A stretch of DNA of 64,000 nucleotides from a bacterium (GTDB taxonomy: Bacteria > Patescibacteriota > Microgenomatia > Daviesbacterales > UBA10151). Below the pieces are notes generated by a model. That model had not been told where the DNA came from and did not search any database. It worked only from the letters and a program-made list of their open reading frames with translations. Location of the stretch: positions 545,494 to 609,493 of the forward strand of contig JAJYNN010000002.1 in the NCBI GenBank assembly GCA_021786315.1. Reading direction: 5' to 3'. A program made the translations under genes and the position numbers. This document shows positions 36,491 to 47,323 of this stretch, in pieces (positions within the stretch are counted from its first letter, which is position 1; the number at the start of each line of letters is the position of its first letter).

Positions 36491-37816
36491 CTAGGATTCC
36501 AATTTTTCCTGCAAGACACGTCTTACAGTTTCTATATTCACTTTACCGCCGGTTTTTCTCATTACCCCACCAATTAAAGACTGGATAGCGTTTGTTTTGC
36601 CATTCTTGTAATCATCTACGGACTTCTCGTTTTCCATTAAGACTTCATCCACCACTTTTTCAATTTCCCCTTCATCTTCAACAACCCCTACTTTCCTATT
36701 GGCAATTTCTTCCACAACCTGTTTAGGCTTGACCTCATCAATATTTACCTTCCTGTTGATGATGTAATTAGCTATATCCGTTGGACTCACTCCTATATCC
36801 TTACCATCTTCAACTGTTTTTTCAAAATAGTTAGCCAACTCCTTGGAATCCACTAAAATCTGGGCATTGGCCTTAGAAATTCCATAATCCGAGATAAATC
36901 TTTTTACTTTCGCTTCCGGTAGTTCCGGCATACCAGACTCCAGACTCTTGACTCTAGACTCTTCCATTCTGATTTCCGGTAAATCCGGATCCGGAAAATA
37001 CCTGTAATCGTGCGCTTCCTCCTTGCTTCTTTGCAAAAATGTTTCTTTTTTGTTTTCATTCCAACCCCTGGTTTCCTGGGTTAATTTTTCACCTTTTTCC
37101 AAAGCCTCAATCTGCCTTTTAATTTCATATTCAATAGCTGCCACCATAAACCTAAATGAATTAATATTCTTCAATTCAATTCGATAGTTGGGCAATTCCG
37201 TTTCTCCAATCTTCCGAACCGACACATTTGCCTCCAACCGCATATCTCCCCGTTCCATATCAGCATTGGAAACCCCCAGGTACCTGAAAATCTGCTGAAG
37301 CTTCTTGGCATAATCTCGAACCTGGGAAGAATCATGAAAATCCGGTTCGCTGACTATTTCCACCAAGGGAACTGATGAACGGTTGAAATCAATTAGGGTT
37401 TGTCCATCGGTATGTGTCAGCTTTCCTGTATCCTCTTCCTGGTGGACCCGATTGATTCTGATTTTGGTGACATTGCCATCTTTATCCTCCACCTCTAACC
37501 AACCGTTTTTACAAAGCGGCCATCGGTATTGGGAAATCTGGTAACCTTTTGGTAAATCCGGATAGAAATAATTCTTCCTCTCAAACCGGGAGACATCAGC
37601 AATTTGGCAATTTAGGGCTAGACCAATTTTCATACAATCTTCAATAGCTTGTTCGTTGATATAGGGGAGCGATCCGGGAAGCCCCAAATTTGTCGGATCC
37701 GTACAGCTGTTTGGTTCTTTGCTAAAATAATCCGCCGAAGACCCCGAAAACATCTTCGACTTGGTGTTGAGTTCTACGTGTACCTCTAACCCAATAACTG
37801 GTTCGTATTGATTCAT
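36491..37816 (-). CDS. gatB: Asp-tRNA(Asn)/Glu-tRNA(Gln) amidotransferase subunit B
   Basis: YEPVIGLEVHVELNTKSKMF is the GatB N-terminal signature, with a C-terminal YqeY-like tail. Confidence 0.95.
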   Translation of the reverse strand: MNQYEPVIGLEVHVELNTKSKMFSGSSADYFSKEPNSCTDPTNLGLPGSLPYINEQAIEDCMKIGLALNCQIADVSRFERKNYFYPDLPKGYQISQYRWPLCKNGWLEVEDKDGNVTKIRINRVHQEEDTGKLTHTDGQTLIDFNRSSVPLVEIVSEPDFHDSSQVRDYAKKLQQIFRYLGVSNADMERGDMRLEANVSVRKIGETELPNYRIELKNINSFRFMVAAIEYEIKRQIEALEKGEKLTQETRGWNENKKETFLQRSKEEAHDYRYFPDPDLPEIRMEESRVKSLESGMPELPEAKVKRFISDYGISKANAQILVDSKELANYFEKTVEDGKDIGVSPTDIANYIINRKVNIDEVKPKQVVEEIANRKVGVVEDEGEIEKVVDEVLMENEKSVDDYKNGKTNAIQSLIGGVMRKTGGKVNIETVRRVLQEKLES

Positions 37817-37939
37817 TCCGCCTAGTCTAAATAATTTTCAATTTTAAATTCAAAATTTTCAATTAATTTTCAATGCCTTAATTTTTAAAAATTTAAACAT
37901 TGGATCATTTATTAAAAATTAAAAATTAGAAATTAGAAA

Positions 37940-39313
37940 TTAAGCCTCCTTTCCTAAATCTGGTTTTTTATTATGCCAATCAGTTGATTGTTCATAAATT
38001 TCCCCTATATTTAAAATTGTCTCTTCATCCAAATATTTACCTAAAATCTGCAAACCTACCGGCAGACCATCGGAAAATCCGCAGGGAACTGACAACCCAG
38101 GGATTCCAGCGAGCGATGCCGGGATTGTATAGACATCAGATAGATACATAGTTAAAGGATCTTCAATCTTTTCTCCCAAATTCCAGGCTACTGTCGGAGA
38201 AACCGGACCCACAATCACCTCACATTTTTCAAATGCTTTTTCAAAATCCTGTTTAATCAAGGTTCGAACTTCGGCAGCTTTGGCAAAATAATCATCGTAG
38301 TATCCGGTAGAGAGAGCAAAAGTTCCGAGCATTATTCTTCTTTTAACCTCCGGGCCAAAGTCTTCCCGCCCTGATCCAAACCTAATACCGTCAAATTTGG
38401 CCATATTGGAAGAAACCTCAGAAGACATAATAATGTAATAGGCAGCCACGGCATATTCAGTGTGAGGCAAGCTCACTTCGACAATTTCCGCTCCCAATTC
38501 TTCTAACTTTTTAATAGCTTCACGGATAACCTTCTCTACCCCTTTATCCAATCCCTTACCAAAATATTCTCTCGGCACCCCAACCCTTACTCCCGCAAGG
38601 CATCCCCTTGCGGCGCAAGGCGTCACCTTGCACGAAGCTGGATCAACACAATTTGAGTCCTTTCCATCTGGCCCGGAAATCCATTCTAAAACTAACCTGG
38701 CATCTGCCACTGATTTTGTTATCGGGCCAATTTGGTCCAAAGATGAGGCCATAGCAATTGCCCCATACCTGGGCACCCTTCCATAACTCGGTTTAAGCCC
38801 GACCACTCCACAAAGTGAGGCTGGTTGGCGGATTGAGCCACCGGTATCGGTTCCCAAAGCAAAAGTACAAAGGTCTGCCGCTACCGCTGCCGCTGATCCG
38901 CTGGAAGATCCGCCGGGTACTTTTGTCTCATTCCAAGGGTTTTTCGTTGGACCATAGGCTGAATTCTCGCCCGATGAACCCATGGCAAACTCGTCCAAAT
39001 TTGTTTTTCCGATTATCCCAATCCCCTTTTCTTTGAGGCGGTCAATTACTGTTGCACTATAAGGAGGAACGAAATTACTCAATATTTTTGATCCCGCAGT
39101 AGTCCTAATATTTTGAGTACAAATTATATCCTTTATTGCTGCAGGCATATTTTGGGGATTTTTTTTAATTTCCAGAAAAATATTTAGCCTCGGATTTATT
39201 TTTTCAATTCTTTCGAGGTAAGCCTTATTTAATTCCTCCGATGAGAATTTCTTTTCCTCTAAAGCTTTTAAGGTTTCTATCAGTGTTAATCCGGTAATAT
39301 CATTCATTCTCAA
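37940..39313 (-). CDS. gatA: Glu-tRNA(Gln) amidotransferase subunit A (amidase signature)
   Basis: [15 protein letters not shown] amidase signature. Located in a gatCAB operon. Confidence 0.95.
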   Translation of the reverse strand: MRMNDITGLTLIETLKALEEKKFSSEELNKAYLERIEKINPRLNIFLEIKKNPQNMPAAIKDIICTQNIRTTAGSKILSNFVPPYSATVIDRLKEKGIGIIGKTNLDEFAMGSSGENSAYGPTKNPWNETKVPGGSSSGSAAAVAADLCTFALGTDTGGSIRQPASLCGVVGLKPSYGRVPRYGAIAMASSLDQIGPITKSVADARLVLEWISGPDGKDSNCVDPASCKVTPCAARGCLAGVRVGVPREYFGKGLDKGVEKVIREAIKKLEELGAEIVEVSLPHTEYAVAAYYIIMSSEVSSNMAKFDGIRFGSGREDFGPEVKRRIMLGTFALSTGYYDDYFAKAAEVRTLIKQDFEKAFEKCEVIVGPVSPTVAWNLGEKIEDPLTMYLSDVYTIPASLAGIPGLSVPCGFSDGLPVGLQILGKYLDEETILNIGEIYEQSTDWHNKKPDLGKEA

Positions 39314-39593
39314 AAACTCCCTTCGTTACAAAAAAGTGGTTATTTTTAGAAGAGGCATTCTGCAATGCAGCATCCTGGGTCAAGTTTTTAGTTACTTCAT
39401 CCTTCTTCATAACGTTGAATGATCCGGTAACATTAAATGTCGGTTCAACTCCCTCAGTTCCAACCTTATTTAGCTGGTCAATATAATCCAAAATTCGGGA
39501 AATTTGTTCTGCGTAAACTTCAATTTGCTCTTCAGTTAAGGGTAATTTTGCTAATTTAGCCGTGTGTTTGACCTGATCGGATGTAAGCTTCAT
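39300..39593 (-). CDS. gatC: Glu-tRNA(Gln) amidotransferase subunit C
   Basis: 97 aa, [37 protein letters not shown]. Confidence 0.9.
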   Translation of the reverse strand: MKLTSDQVKHTAKLAKLPLTEEQIEVYAEQISRILDYIDQLNKVGTEGVEPTFNVTGSFNVMKKDEVTKNLTQDAALQNASSKNNHFFVTKGVFENE

Positions 39594-39637
39594 AAAAGGA
39601 TTATACTTGATACTCGGGTTCGTGTTAATATCAATTC

Positions 39638-40093
39638 ATGAGGAGAGTCACTCTCTGCCTTTTAGTTAAAGAAAACCATGTACTTCTAGCCATGAAAAAA
39701 CGCGGATTTGGACAGGGGCTTTGGAATGGAGTCGGAGGAAAACTAAACGAAGGCGAGACCATAAAACAAGCAGCGATCCGCGAAACCCGAGAAGAAATTA
39801 ACATCATCCCCAGGGAACTAGAGAAAGTTGCAACTGTCGATTTTCTCTTTTCAGACAAACCCGAATGGAACCAACAGATGGTGGTTTTTAAGTGTACAAA
39901 ATGGGAGGGTAAGCCCCAGGAATCAGAAGAGATGAAACCACGATGGTTTAAAGTTGATAGGATCCCGCTCAAAAAAATGTGGGAAGCCGATACCCACTGG
40001 CTGCCCAAAGTTTTATCAGGAATTTCGATAAGAGCTAAATTTATTTATACAGCTGACCAAAAGCTACAAAAATCAAAGCTTGTAGAAATCTAG
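39638..40093 (+). CDS. NUDIX hydrolase (MutT-like)
   Basis: Nudix box GGKLNEGETIKQAAIRETREEINI. Confidence 0.8.
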   Translation: MRRVTLCLLVKENHVLLAMKKRGFGQGLWNGVGGKLNEGETIKQAAIRETREEINIIPRELEKVATVDFLFSDKPEWNQQMVVFKCTKWEGKPQESEEMKPRWFKVDRIPLKKMWEADTHWLPKVLSGISIRAKFIYTADQKLQKSKLVEI

Positions 40094-40355
40094 AGTTAAT
40101 TACTAGATTCATATCTCTCTCTTACAGTTTCCTTACTTTAGAAATTTAAACTATTACCTTGTAGTGAGAGAAACCCAAGATAATAATCTAGCTAAAACTA
40201 AAGAGGAAGGGAAAACAGAAAAAACCTTAACTCCATACACATTATTCTTTTGCGTGGAAGAAAGATATCTCCAGGAAAGTTGGATCGGCAACCCTGATGT
40301 AACTGCAGCTTGCTTATTATCGCCGGAAAAACCCCAAAAACCTAAGAGGAAAAAA

Positions 40356-41300
40356 TTAACTTCTTAAGTAACTTTTTAATTTCTCCAAAGAATCCCAATC
40401 ATGAATAGAAACAGTCAAAACTTGTTTTTTGAGTGTCTTAAGCTTCTTGACCTTTTCTTCAACTTGCTTTTTATCCATCAAATCCGTCTTGGTTAAGAGA
40501 ATTATTTCTTTTTTCTTTAAAAGTTCCGGGTTAAACTTTTTCATCTCCCCTTGTACGGTTTTGTAGTCACCTAAAACATCTTCAGATTCCGAAGGAATAC
40601 AATGGATCAATAAGTTAACCTTTTCAATATGTTTCAAAAACTTAATCCCCAAGCCCTTCCCTTCAGCTGCTCCTTCAATTAAACCCGGGATATCAGCAAT
40701 AACCTTGCCATCGAATACACCTAAATTAGGTTCTAAGGTGGTAAAAGGGTAAGCTGCAGTTTTAACACTGGCGGCAGTAAGCTCGTTCAATAAACTGCTT
40801 TTGCCGGCATTAGGCAAACCAATCAGACCAAAATCAGCAATCAACCGCAAAATTACTTTGAAATGTTTTTCTTCGCCCGGTAAGCCTTTTTGGGCAAACT
40901 TAGGTGTGGTTCTTCGGGAAGATTTAAATTCAGCATTTCCTTTCCCCCCTAATCCGCCTTTACAAACCAGTAAGACCTGATCCGACTCAGCAAGCTCAAA
41001 TTGCTCACCAGTATTTACTTCTGTGAATAACGAGCCAACAGGAAAGGTATAGGTTGCATCTTTGCCGTCTTTGCCAAACTTTAAAAAACTACCGCCCATT
41101 TCCCCATTCTCCGCCTCTATCATTTTTTTATTGGCGTATTGATTTAGAGCAGTGATATCCGAAGTGGCCTTAACGTACAAATCTCCACCACGACCACCAT
41201 TGCCTCCATCTGGGCCAGCCTTTTCTTTGGGATAAAAGGAAACTTTTCCAACTCCCCCATGTCCAGCTCTTAAAGTAATGTTTACTTCATCAATTAGCAT
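40356..41300 (-). CDS. obg: GTPase Obg/CgtA
   Basis: Gly-rich Obg fold GHGGVGKVSF...GGNGGRGGDLY. GTPase motifs GLIGLPNAGKSSL, DIPGLIEGA, TKTD. Confidence 0.9.
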   Translation of the reverse strand: MLIDEVNITLRAGHGGVGKVSFYPKEKAGPDGGNGGRGGDLYVKATSDITALNQYANKKMIEAENGEMGGSFLKFGKDGKDATYTFPVGSLFTEVNTGEQFELAESDQVLLVCKGGLGGKGNAEFKSSRRTTPKFAQKGLPGEEKHFKVILRLIADFGLIGLPNAGKSSLLNELTAASVKTAAYPFTTLEPNLGVFDGKVIADIPGLIEGAAEGKGLGIKFLKHIEKVNLLIHCIPSESEDVLGDYKTVQGEMKKFNPELLKKKEIILLTKTDLMDKKQVEEKVKKLKTLKKQVLTVSIHDWDSLEKLKSYLRS

Positions 41301-41392
41301 ATTTCTCCTACAATTTACTAAGCTAGTATAGCATAAAAATCATTCAAAGACCTATAGTTTACTTTTCCAAAAAATTTTACTATAATTCGAAG

Positions 41393-41974
41393 ATGTGTCT
41401 AGAGAAAGCAATACAACTTTATCCTCTCCCCAGAGAGTTATACAAACCCTACATTCGCGTAGGAATCCAACCACCACTTGATATTAATAGGGTCACTTCA
41501 GAATTTATTTTCGGTGACAGAAGACAAGTTGTCCTTAAAACTCCAGTTACTGGAGACGGAAGCTTAATTCTCTCATATTCTAAAAACGGTAAAACAAAGG
41601 AGGGTGGCGTAGTCAGCCTAAAAGAAAATAATTCCGACTTGCTAGTTCTGCAAGTCCAGGGAGCAACTTCAGGGATATCTTATCGTTTGCTTACAGGACT
41701 GCGTTGGGAATCATTTGCAGCCGATCAAATCAGGCGAATCGGCTGTTTTTTAGCAAAACATGGATCCATAGATAGAATTGCCGTTCCTTTCTTTATTGAA
41801 GGTATTGACAGTGCGAAATCAGAGAATGCTTATCACAAATACCAGATAGTTGCAGCCAGACTCGGATTAAAACCTTCGACAGAAGAGAAAATGTTTGTCG
41901 GGGAAATAGATGAGGTAATAAAACAGTGCCCTAACTGTTGCTTAAATTGCCTTCCATCTGGTGAAGGGCTTTGA
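41393..41974 (+). CDS. hypothetical protein
   Basis: 193-aa ORF. No recognisable domain. C-terminal CPNCCLNC. Confidence 0.3.
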   Translation: MCLEKAIQLYPLPRELYKPYIRVGIQPPLDINRVTSEFIFGDRRQVVLKTPVTGDGSLILSYSKNGKTKEGGVVSLKENNSDLLVLQVQGATSGISYRLLTGLRWESFAADQIRRIGCFLAKHGSIDRIAVPFFIEGIDSAKSENAYHKYQIVAARLGLKPSTEEKMFVGEIDEVIKQCPNCCLNCLPSGEGL

Positions 41975-42866
41975 TCCTATCCTGAATTGAGGGATGGGTA
42001 TTGAAAAGTCCGGTTAGCCAACTGCCGGCTTCTTTGCCTTTTAAGGGATTCACTATGTACATATGGGCTGTGCCTGAAGTGGCTGATCGTACAGGTTGAG
42101 GATCTGAAGAAATTTTAAGTAATGCATTTTCCAAACCCTGAGGATATCTTGTTAAAATCACCCCAGAAGCATCTGCCAAAAACTCTCTCCTTCGGGAAAT
42201 GGCCAGTTGGATCAAAGTAGCCACAATCGGCGCCAAAATGGCCGCCACAAGGGCCAAGATGGCAAAAATGGAGTTATTCCCCTCCCGGTCACGGTCTCTT
42301 CCCCCAAACCACATTGACCTTAGGAAAATATCTGCAAGTATTGCAATCGTTCCCACCAAAACTGCAACCACTGCCATAAGTAATGTATCCCTATTCCCCA
42401 CATGAGACAGTTCATGGGCAGTTACCCCTTCCAACTCTTGTTTGTTTAACCTTTCCAATAGGCCTGATGTATAGGCAATAGCTGCATGTTTCGGATCACG
42501 TCCGGTGGCAAATGCATTGGGAGCACTATCATCAATCACATAAATTTTAGGAGTTGGCAATCCCGCCGCAATACAAAGATTTTCCACTAAATGATACAGC
42601 TCCTTGTTTTGGTCGTGTTTTAATTCTTTGGCTCCGGAAATCCCCAATACAATCCTGTCGGAGTAGTAATAAGAGACAACATTCATTATTCCGGCAATGA
42701 TTAAAGCAAGGCCGACAATCCCCAACCCCCCAATGTTTCCATACCCTAAACCTCGGGCAAGCACATAAACCACTGCCGTCACAAAAATTGTAAAGAAAAT
42801 AAAAATTAACCAGGTTTTGAGGATATTGCCGGAAACCTGATCCCACGCAGTATTAACTTTAGCCAT
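41931..42866 (-). CDS. htpX: zinc metalloprotease HtpX (M48)
   Basis: HELSHVGNRD (HEXXH), TM helices, and a C-terminal NTHPSIQDRI. Confidence 0.9.
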   Translation of the reverse strand: MAKVNTAWDQVSGNILKTWLIFIFFTIFVTAVVYVLARGLGYGNIGGLGIVGLALIIAGIMNVVSYYYSDRIVLGISGAKELKHDQNKELYHLVENLCIAAGLPTPKIYVIDDSAPNAFATGRDPKHAAIAYTSGLLERLNKQELEGVTAHELSHVGNRDTLLMAVVAVLVGTIAILADIFLRSMWFGGRDRDREGNNSIFAILALVAAILAPIVATLIQLAISRRREFLADASGVILTRYPQGLENALLKISSDPQPVRSATSGTAHMYIVNPLKGKEAGSWLTGLFNTHPSIQDRIKALHQMEGNLSNS

Positions 42867-42871
42867 AGGAG

Positions 42872-43420
42872 TTAGAACTTTACTTTAATGTCAGCCTTTT
42901 CTTCGTCGGTTGCCTGAAAGAAATCAGCCTTCTGAAAATTAAATAAATTAGCGATCAAAGCAGAAGGAAAAGTTTCAATTGAATTGTTTAAATCCAAAAC
43001 GTTGGTGTTATAAAACTGTCTGGCAGCAGCCACTTTAGTTTCAGTATCAGAAATTTCCTCTTGTAATTCCTTAAAGTTTTCCGAAGCTCTAAGTTGAGGA
43101 TAATTCTCAGCTACCGCAAACAAGCTCTTTAAAGCCCCGGAAAGCTGGTTATTTGCCGCTGCAGCCTCCTGTGGCCCCTTAGCACCCAACAAAGCACTTC
43201 TAGCCTTGGTAACGTTTTCAAAAACTTCTTTTTCGTGCTTAGCATACCCCTTTACAGTTTCTACTAAGTTGGGAATCAATGAGGATCTTCTTTTAAGCTG
43301 GACATCAATTTGTGACCAGGCTTCCCGAACACGATTCCTTAATGTTACCAGGCTGTTATAGGTGGCAAGCAGCCAAAGAAGGATAACAAAAATGATTCCA
43401 GCCAGAATATACAGAGCCAT
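42872..43420 (-). CDS. lemA: LemA family protein
   Basis: N-terminal TM, then [25 protein letters not shown]. Conserved lemA-htpX pairing. Confidence 0.85.
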   Translation of the reverse strand: MALYILAGIIFVILLWLLATYNSLVTLRNRVREAWSQIDVQLKRRSSLIPNLVETVKGYAKHEKEVFENVTKARSALLGAKGPQEAAAANNQLSGALKSLFAVAENYPQLRASENFKELQEEISDTETKVAAARQFYNTNVLDLNNSIETFPSALIANLFNFQKADFFQATDEEKADIKVKF

Positions 43421-43426
43421 AACTTC

Positions 43427-45169
43427 TTATATCTTAATCCATTCTAACACTTTTGTTAAGCTCCAGCTGTTAATAATATCATTCTTTGTCAGCCATCCCC
43501 TTTTAGCAACTGCTACCCCAAATTTCATCTGGTTCATATCTGAGGCTTTATGGGAGTCAGTGTCAATGACAAATTTTACCCCAATTGCCTTTGCCATCCG
43601 CACCAACATATCCGGTAAATCTAATCTGTCAGGATAAGCATTAATTTCTAAAGCTTTCTGGTTTTCAGCAGCAAACTTAAAAATCCTCTCCCAATCCGCC
43701 TCGGACGATTCGCGCCTGTTGATCAACCTATTTGTGGGATGCCCCAAAACTTTAACATAAGGATTTTCTAAAGCTTTAAGTATTCTCTTGGTCATCTCTT
43801 CCCGGGGTAGAGAGTGTTGACTATGAACAGAAGCAATGGCAAAATCTAAAAGTTTTAAACCCTCGTCAGGCACTGATAAGCTGCCATCTGGCTGAATATC
43901 TACTTCGAGTAAATTTAGTACTCGAACACTTTTATTGTTCGAGGAATTATATTTATCAATTACTTCTTTATGCTTCTGGATAAGATGGATGATCTGTTCC
44001 GAGGAATGGTTAGAAATACTGGGAGAGTGGTCAGAAATCCCGATATATTCATACCCTAGCTTCTTCCCCTCTTCAGCGATTTCTGTGATCGAACTTGATC
44101 CCAAGTCATGCGACGGCTCAATAGGGAAATTATCATGCAGATGAAAATCACCTTTAATATCTTCTATCCCCACTAAATCAGGTAAGGTATCTTTTACGGC
44201 TGCTTCTATTTCGCCAGTATCCTCCCGAATCTCCGGCGGTGGCATTTTCATCCCTAATAGTCTATAGAACTCTTCTTCAGTTGGGGTTTTTACCACCTTC
44301 CCGGTTTTAACATCCTTCACTCCATATTCCGAAAGCGATAATCCTTTGTGTTCGGCCAAAGTCCGAAGATGGATATTGTGGGATTTAGAACCTGTGAAGT
44401 GCTGAAGCAAGGCACCGTAAGAATCAGGGTCAGCAATTAAAAAATCCAATTCCAAACCAGAGGATAAGCGCACATCAACTTTGCTTTCACCCTTACCTAA
44501 GACTTCATTTACCCCAGGCATCCGGATAATGTATTCCACAACTTCCTTGGGTTTTTTGGAAGCTACAGCAAAATCCAAATCCCCTACAGTCGCCACCATC
44601 CTTCTTAAACTCCCTAAAACATCTGCATGAATAATATCCGGGTTGGGCTTTAAGTAGTCCAAAACCTTTTCCGCCTGGGTGTAGGCATAAGGAAGCAACA
44701 TCCTCCCGCTCTGTGTCTTCTTAATGCCTTCCAACCCCCCAAGAACTTTATCGGCAATCTTTTCCGAAAGGCCTTTTTTAACCAAAAGTCCTGATTGAAG
44801 CTTATCTTGTAAATCTCCAACATCCTTTGCTCCCAGTTCGGCAAGTTTTAAGGCAGTTTTGGGACCCACTCCGGGAACATCTAAAAATTCAAAGGTTGCC
44901 TCAGGAATACCTCTTTTCAGATCTTCCCAATGTTTAACTTTTCCGATTTTAAAAAGCTCCTCCAAATGGGCTTGGATACTCTCCCCAACACCCGGAACCT
45001 GACCCAACTTCCCTTCTTCCCGAAGATCCTTTATCTCCGAAGTCGAATGTTCAATAGACGTAGCCGCATTTTCATAAGCCCGTATCTGGAAAACGCTGGC
45101 TTTTTTGAGGATTAATGCCGCTGCAACTTCGCGAAGGCTTTTGGCAACCGCCGCATTGGTCCATGTCAT
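43427..45169 (-). CDS. DNA polymerase X family protein with C-terminal PHP phosphoesterase domain
   Basis: HhH motifs PGVGPKTALKL, Pol-beta nucleotidyltransferase core, PHP domain HLHDNF...SDHSP. Confidence 0.85.
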   Translation of the reverse strand: MTWTNAAVAKSLREVAAALILKKASVFQIRAYENAATSIEHSTSEIKDLREEGKLGQVPGVGESIQAHLEELFKIGKVKHWEDLKRGIPEATFEFLDVPGVGPKTALKLAELGAKDVGDLQDKLQSGLLVKKGLSEKIADKVLGGLEGIKKTQSGRMLLPYAYTQAEKVLDYLKPNPDIIHADVLGSLRRMVATVGDLDFAVASKKPKEVVEYIIRMPGVNEVLGKGESKVDVRLSSGLELDFLIADPDSYGALLQHFTGSKSHNIHLRTLAEHKGLSLSEYGVKDVKTGKVVKTPTEEEFYRLLGMKMPPPEIREDTGEIEAAVKDTLPDLVGIEDIKGDFHLHDNFPIEPSHDLGSSSITEIAEEGKKLGYEYIGISDHSPSISNHSSEQIIHLIQKHKEVIDKYNSSNNKSVRVLNLLEVDIQPDGSLSVPDEGLKLLDFAIASVHSQHSLPREEMTKRILKALENPYVKVLGHPTNRLINRRESSEADWERIFKFAAENQKALEINAYPDRLDLPDMLVRMAKAIGVKFVIDTDSHKASDMNQMKFGVAVAKRGWLTKNDIINSWSLTKVLEWIKI

Positions 45170-45188
45170 GAAATTAATATAACATAAA

Positions 45189-46127
45189 TTAAAACACTGC
45201 CATGGGAGCCAGGTGGTCTGAAATATATATTTTCTCTCCTTTTACCATTTTCGGACGGGTTCCCATCAGCATAACTCTTTTAGGGATCAAATCCGCGCAA
45301 CCCCAAATATAATCCATCCATCTTTGCAGTACACTGTAACTGGGAACGTTCTGCAGTTCTCTGGCATGGATATCATAAAACCACCTTAAATCAGGTGGCC
45401 ATGTGTGGCTGAGCCTCCTTTTAATCGGAGAACGGAAGAAGGGGAATTGCCGCCCAATCGGCGGTTCAAAAACATAACGGTATTTGCGGTTTAAGGACCT
45501 CGTCCAATCGATCAACCCCGCCTGTTCAAATTCCCGGTAGAGATTGGTAAAAATATCCGCATTTAAATCCCCAACAAGAAGCATATTGGTGAAGGATCGG
45601 AGCTGGTAAATTGAGCTGCCCAACAACTCTTCTCTAATTCCCCCGGATAACTGCAGTCCTTCCACAATAAAATCCCTAAAAATCCTTAAACACTCAAGAC
45701 CCTCCTGGATTTGGGTCCTTTCATGAAAATCCAGATGGGTATTGGCAAAAACCAAAGGCTGATTCTCATGGCGAAGCTCCATTAATGCCACCCCCCTTTG
45801 GTAATCAGAACGCCTAGTTGAGGAGAAAATTTTGACTCCCGACCTGATTACATCCAAATTGGTAACTATGGCCAAACCGTATTTTCCGGGCACAGATATA
45901 GGAAAAAAGAAGACTTCTTCGGGATTAAAGTGTAGCTCTGTCTCCAAATCCTTTAAAAAGTTGGTCTTACGGATATTTACTTCCTGCAAGGCCAAAATTA
46001 TCCCCCTTTGATTCCCACCATGAAAACCATGATGTCTTAAAACCTCATATATATAATCCCTTCTTTTCTCCCAAATGAAGTCTTCCCATAAATTTAAGGT
46101 GCCAACCAGAAGTTCCTTCTCTGCCAT
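45189..46127 (-). CDS. endonuclease/exonuclease/phosphatase (EEP) family protein
   Basis: LALQEVN, FANTHLDFHE, LLVGDLNAD, SDHLAP are conserved EEP motifs. Confidence 0.6.
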   Translation of the reverse strand: MAEKELLVGTLNLWEDFIWEKRRDYIYEVLRHHGFHGGNQRGIILALQEVNIRKTNFLKDLETELHFNPEEVFFFPISVPGKYGLAIVTNLDVIRSGVKIFSSTRRSDYQRGVALMELRHENQPLVFANTHLDFHERTQIQEGLECLRIFRDFIVEGLQLSGGIREELLGSSIYQLRSFTNMLLVGDLNADIFTNLYREFEQAGLIDWTRSLNRKYRYVFEPPIGRQFPFFRSPIKRRLSHTWPPDLRWFYDIHARELQNVPSYSVLQRWMDYIWGCADLIPKRVMLMGTRPKMVKGEKIYISDHLAPMAVF

Positions 46128-46138
46128 AACAGTACATT

Positions 46139-47041
46139 ATGGTTTTTTTACTTAAGAAAGAGGTGAAGATTATGCAAGAATACTATTTACTAAAGGCTGT
46201 CAATAAAATTACTCCTTTCTTAACGGCGTTTGCGATACTAGACATTATGTTGGTGGCTGACGGCTGTGAGGTTATAAAGGGTAATATTGATCCAATTGTG
46301 ATTGCCGAAGAATTTGTAATCCAAGAATTAATCAAGATGTTTCCCAAAGAGACAGAACAGTTTTACGACATCATCCGATTTTATGTCCGTGATTTTAAGA
46401 ACGTTTATTCTGAACACCGGCTTTGGAAATTTTTGGCAGGGTTATCCAATGAATATATGTTCAAAAGCGTTTATCAAATCTTAAGGGGTGATCAATATTA
46501 TTGGAATCTGGAATCTATTCCTCTAAAAGATTTAAGGGTAAAAATGCTTTCTGGGAAAATCGACAAAATTTTAAGAAGTGTCGATTTCCGGGCAGATAAA
46601 GCCGGGGAAATCTTACAAAAGTTGGACCCCAAAGAGAGGAATGAGCTTATTGAGCCATTTAAGCTGAGTGAGGATAACTATCCAATCTTGGTAGTGCAAG
46701 AAGGCAATGAGCTAGTTGTTCATGACGGGAATAGGAGGACAATGGATGCGGCTATTTATGGCATGCCGGCTATCAAGGGATATGTGGGAAGACTAAAGAA
46801 TCCTCCTGGAAAACCAGCTATTTCAGAGGGATTTATTATCTTACTGTTTCATTTATTTAAGGATGTTGATGATTTGGATGATACCTTGGTTGAAGCTTTA
46901 TGTAGGATATTAATTGATGTCAAAAAAACTTATAAAGATGCTCCTGAATTAATTGATATGTATATCCCCCGGACTTTTGAGGTATTAAAAAATAGCAAAC
47001 AAAGAGAAATGCTGGAAAAAGTTTTAAAGGAAAAAGGTTAG
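46139..47041 (+). CDS. hypothetical protein
   Basis: 300-aa ORF. No recognisable domain. Confidence 0.35.
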   Translation: MVFLLKKEVKIMQEYYLLKAVNKITPFLTAFAILDIMLVADGCEVIKGNIDPIVIAEEFVIQELIKMFPKETEQFYDIIRFYVRDFKNVYSEHRLWKFLAGLSNEYMFKSVYQILRGDQYYWNLESIPLKDLRVKMLSGKIDKILRSVDFRADKAGEILQKLDPKERNELIEPFKLSEDNYPILVVQEGNELVVHDGNRRTMDAAIYGMPAIKGYVGRLKNPPGKPAISEGFIILLFHLFKDVDDLDDTLVEALCRILIDVKKTYKDAPELIDMYIPRTFEVLKNSKQREMLEKVLKEKG

Positions 47042-47183
47042 CTTGCGGGACCGACGGGACTAAGACCACCTTTTTGTTCTTCGAACAAAAACGATCTTGT
47101 CTTCTCGCTTCGCTCGAAGATCGAACCAACTTAGAACTTCGTTCTGCGTATATTTCTCTCCCAAGCAATCAGCCAATAAAAAA

Positions 47184-47209
47184 GTCCCCATAAAGGGGAC
47201 TACTTTTTT
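47184..47209. terminator. bidirectional terminator hairpin
   Basis: AAAAAA-GTCCCC-ATAAA-GGGGAC-TACTTTTTT. Confidence 0.55.
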
Positions 47210-47211
47210 GT

Positions 47212-47288
47212 TGGCGGGACCGACGGGACTCGAACCCGCGACCTCTTCCGTGACAGGGAAGCGCTCTAACCAACTGAGCTACGATCCC
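47212..47288 (-). tRNA. tRNA-Asp (anticodon GUC)
   Basis: Reverse complement GGGATCGTAGCTCAGTTGGTTAGAGCGCTTCCCTGTCACGGAAGAGGTCGCGGGTTCGAGTCCCGTCGGTCCCGCCA. Anticodon loop CTGTCAC. Confidence 0.9.
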
Positions 47289-47323
47289 AAGCCAAGATAT
47301 TTTATCAAAGCTAGAGCCTAGGG

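Noticed and set aside
31480-37940. Recurrent AATTTTCAATTTTCA-like strings in the spacers rnhB/rplS (31480-31547), dnaE upstream (35556-35600) and gatB/gatA (37817-37940)
   Set aside because: They are AT-rich low-complexity strings with inconsistent strand and orientation relative to genes. They are probably compositional, though a shared operator cannot be excluded.
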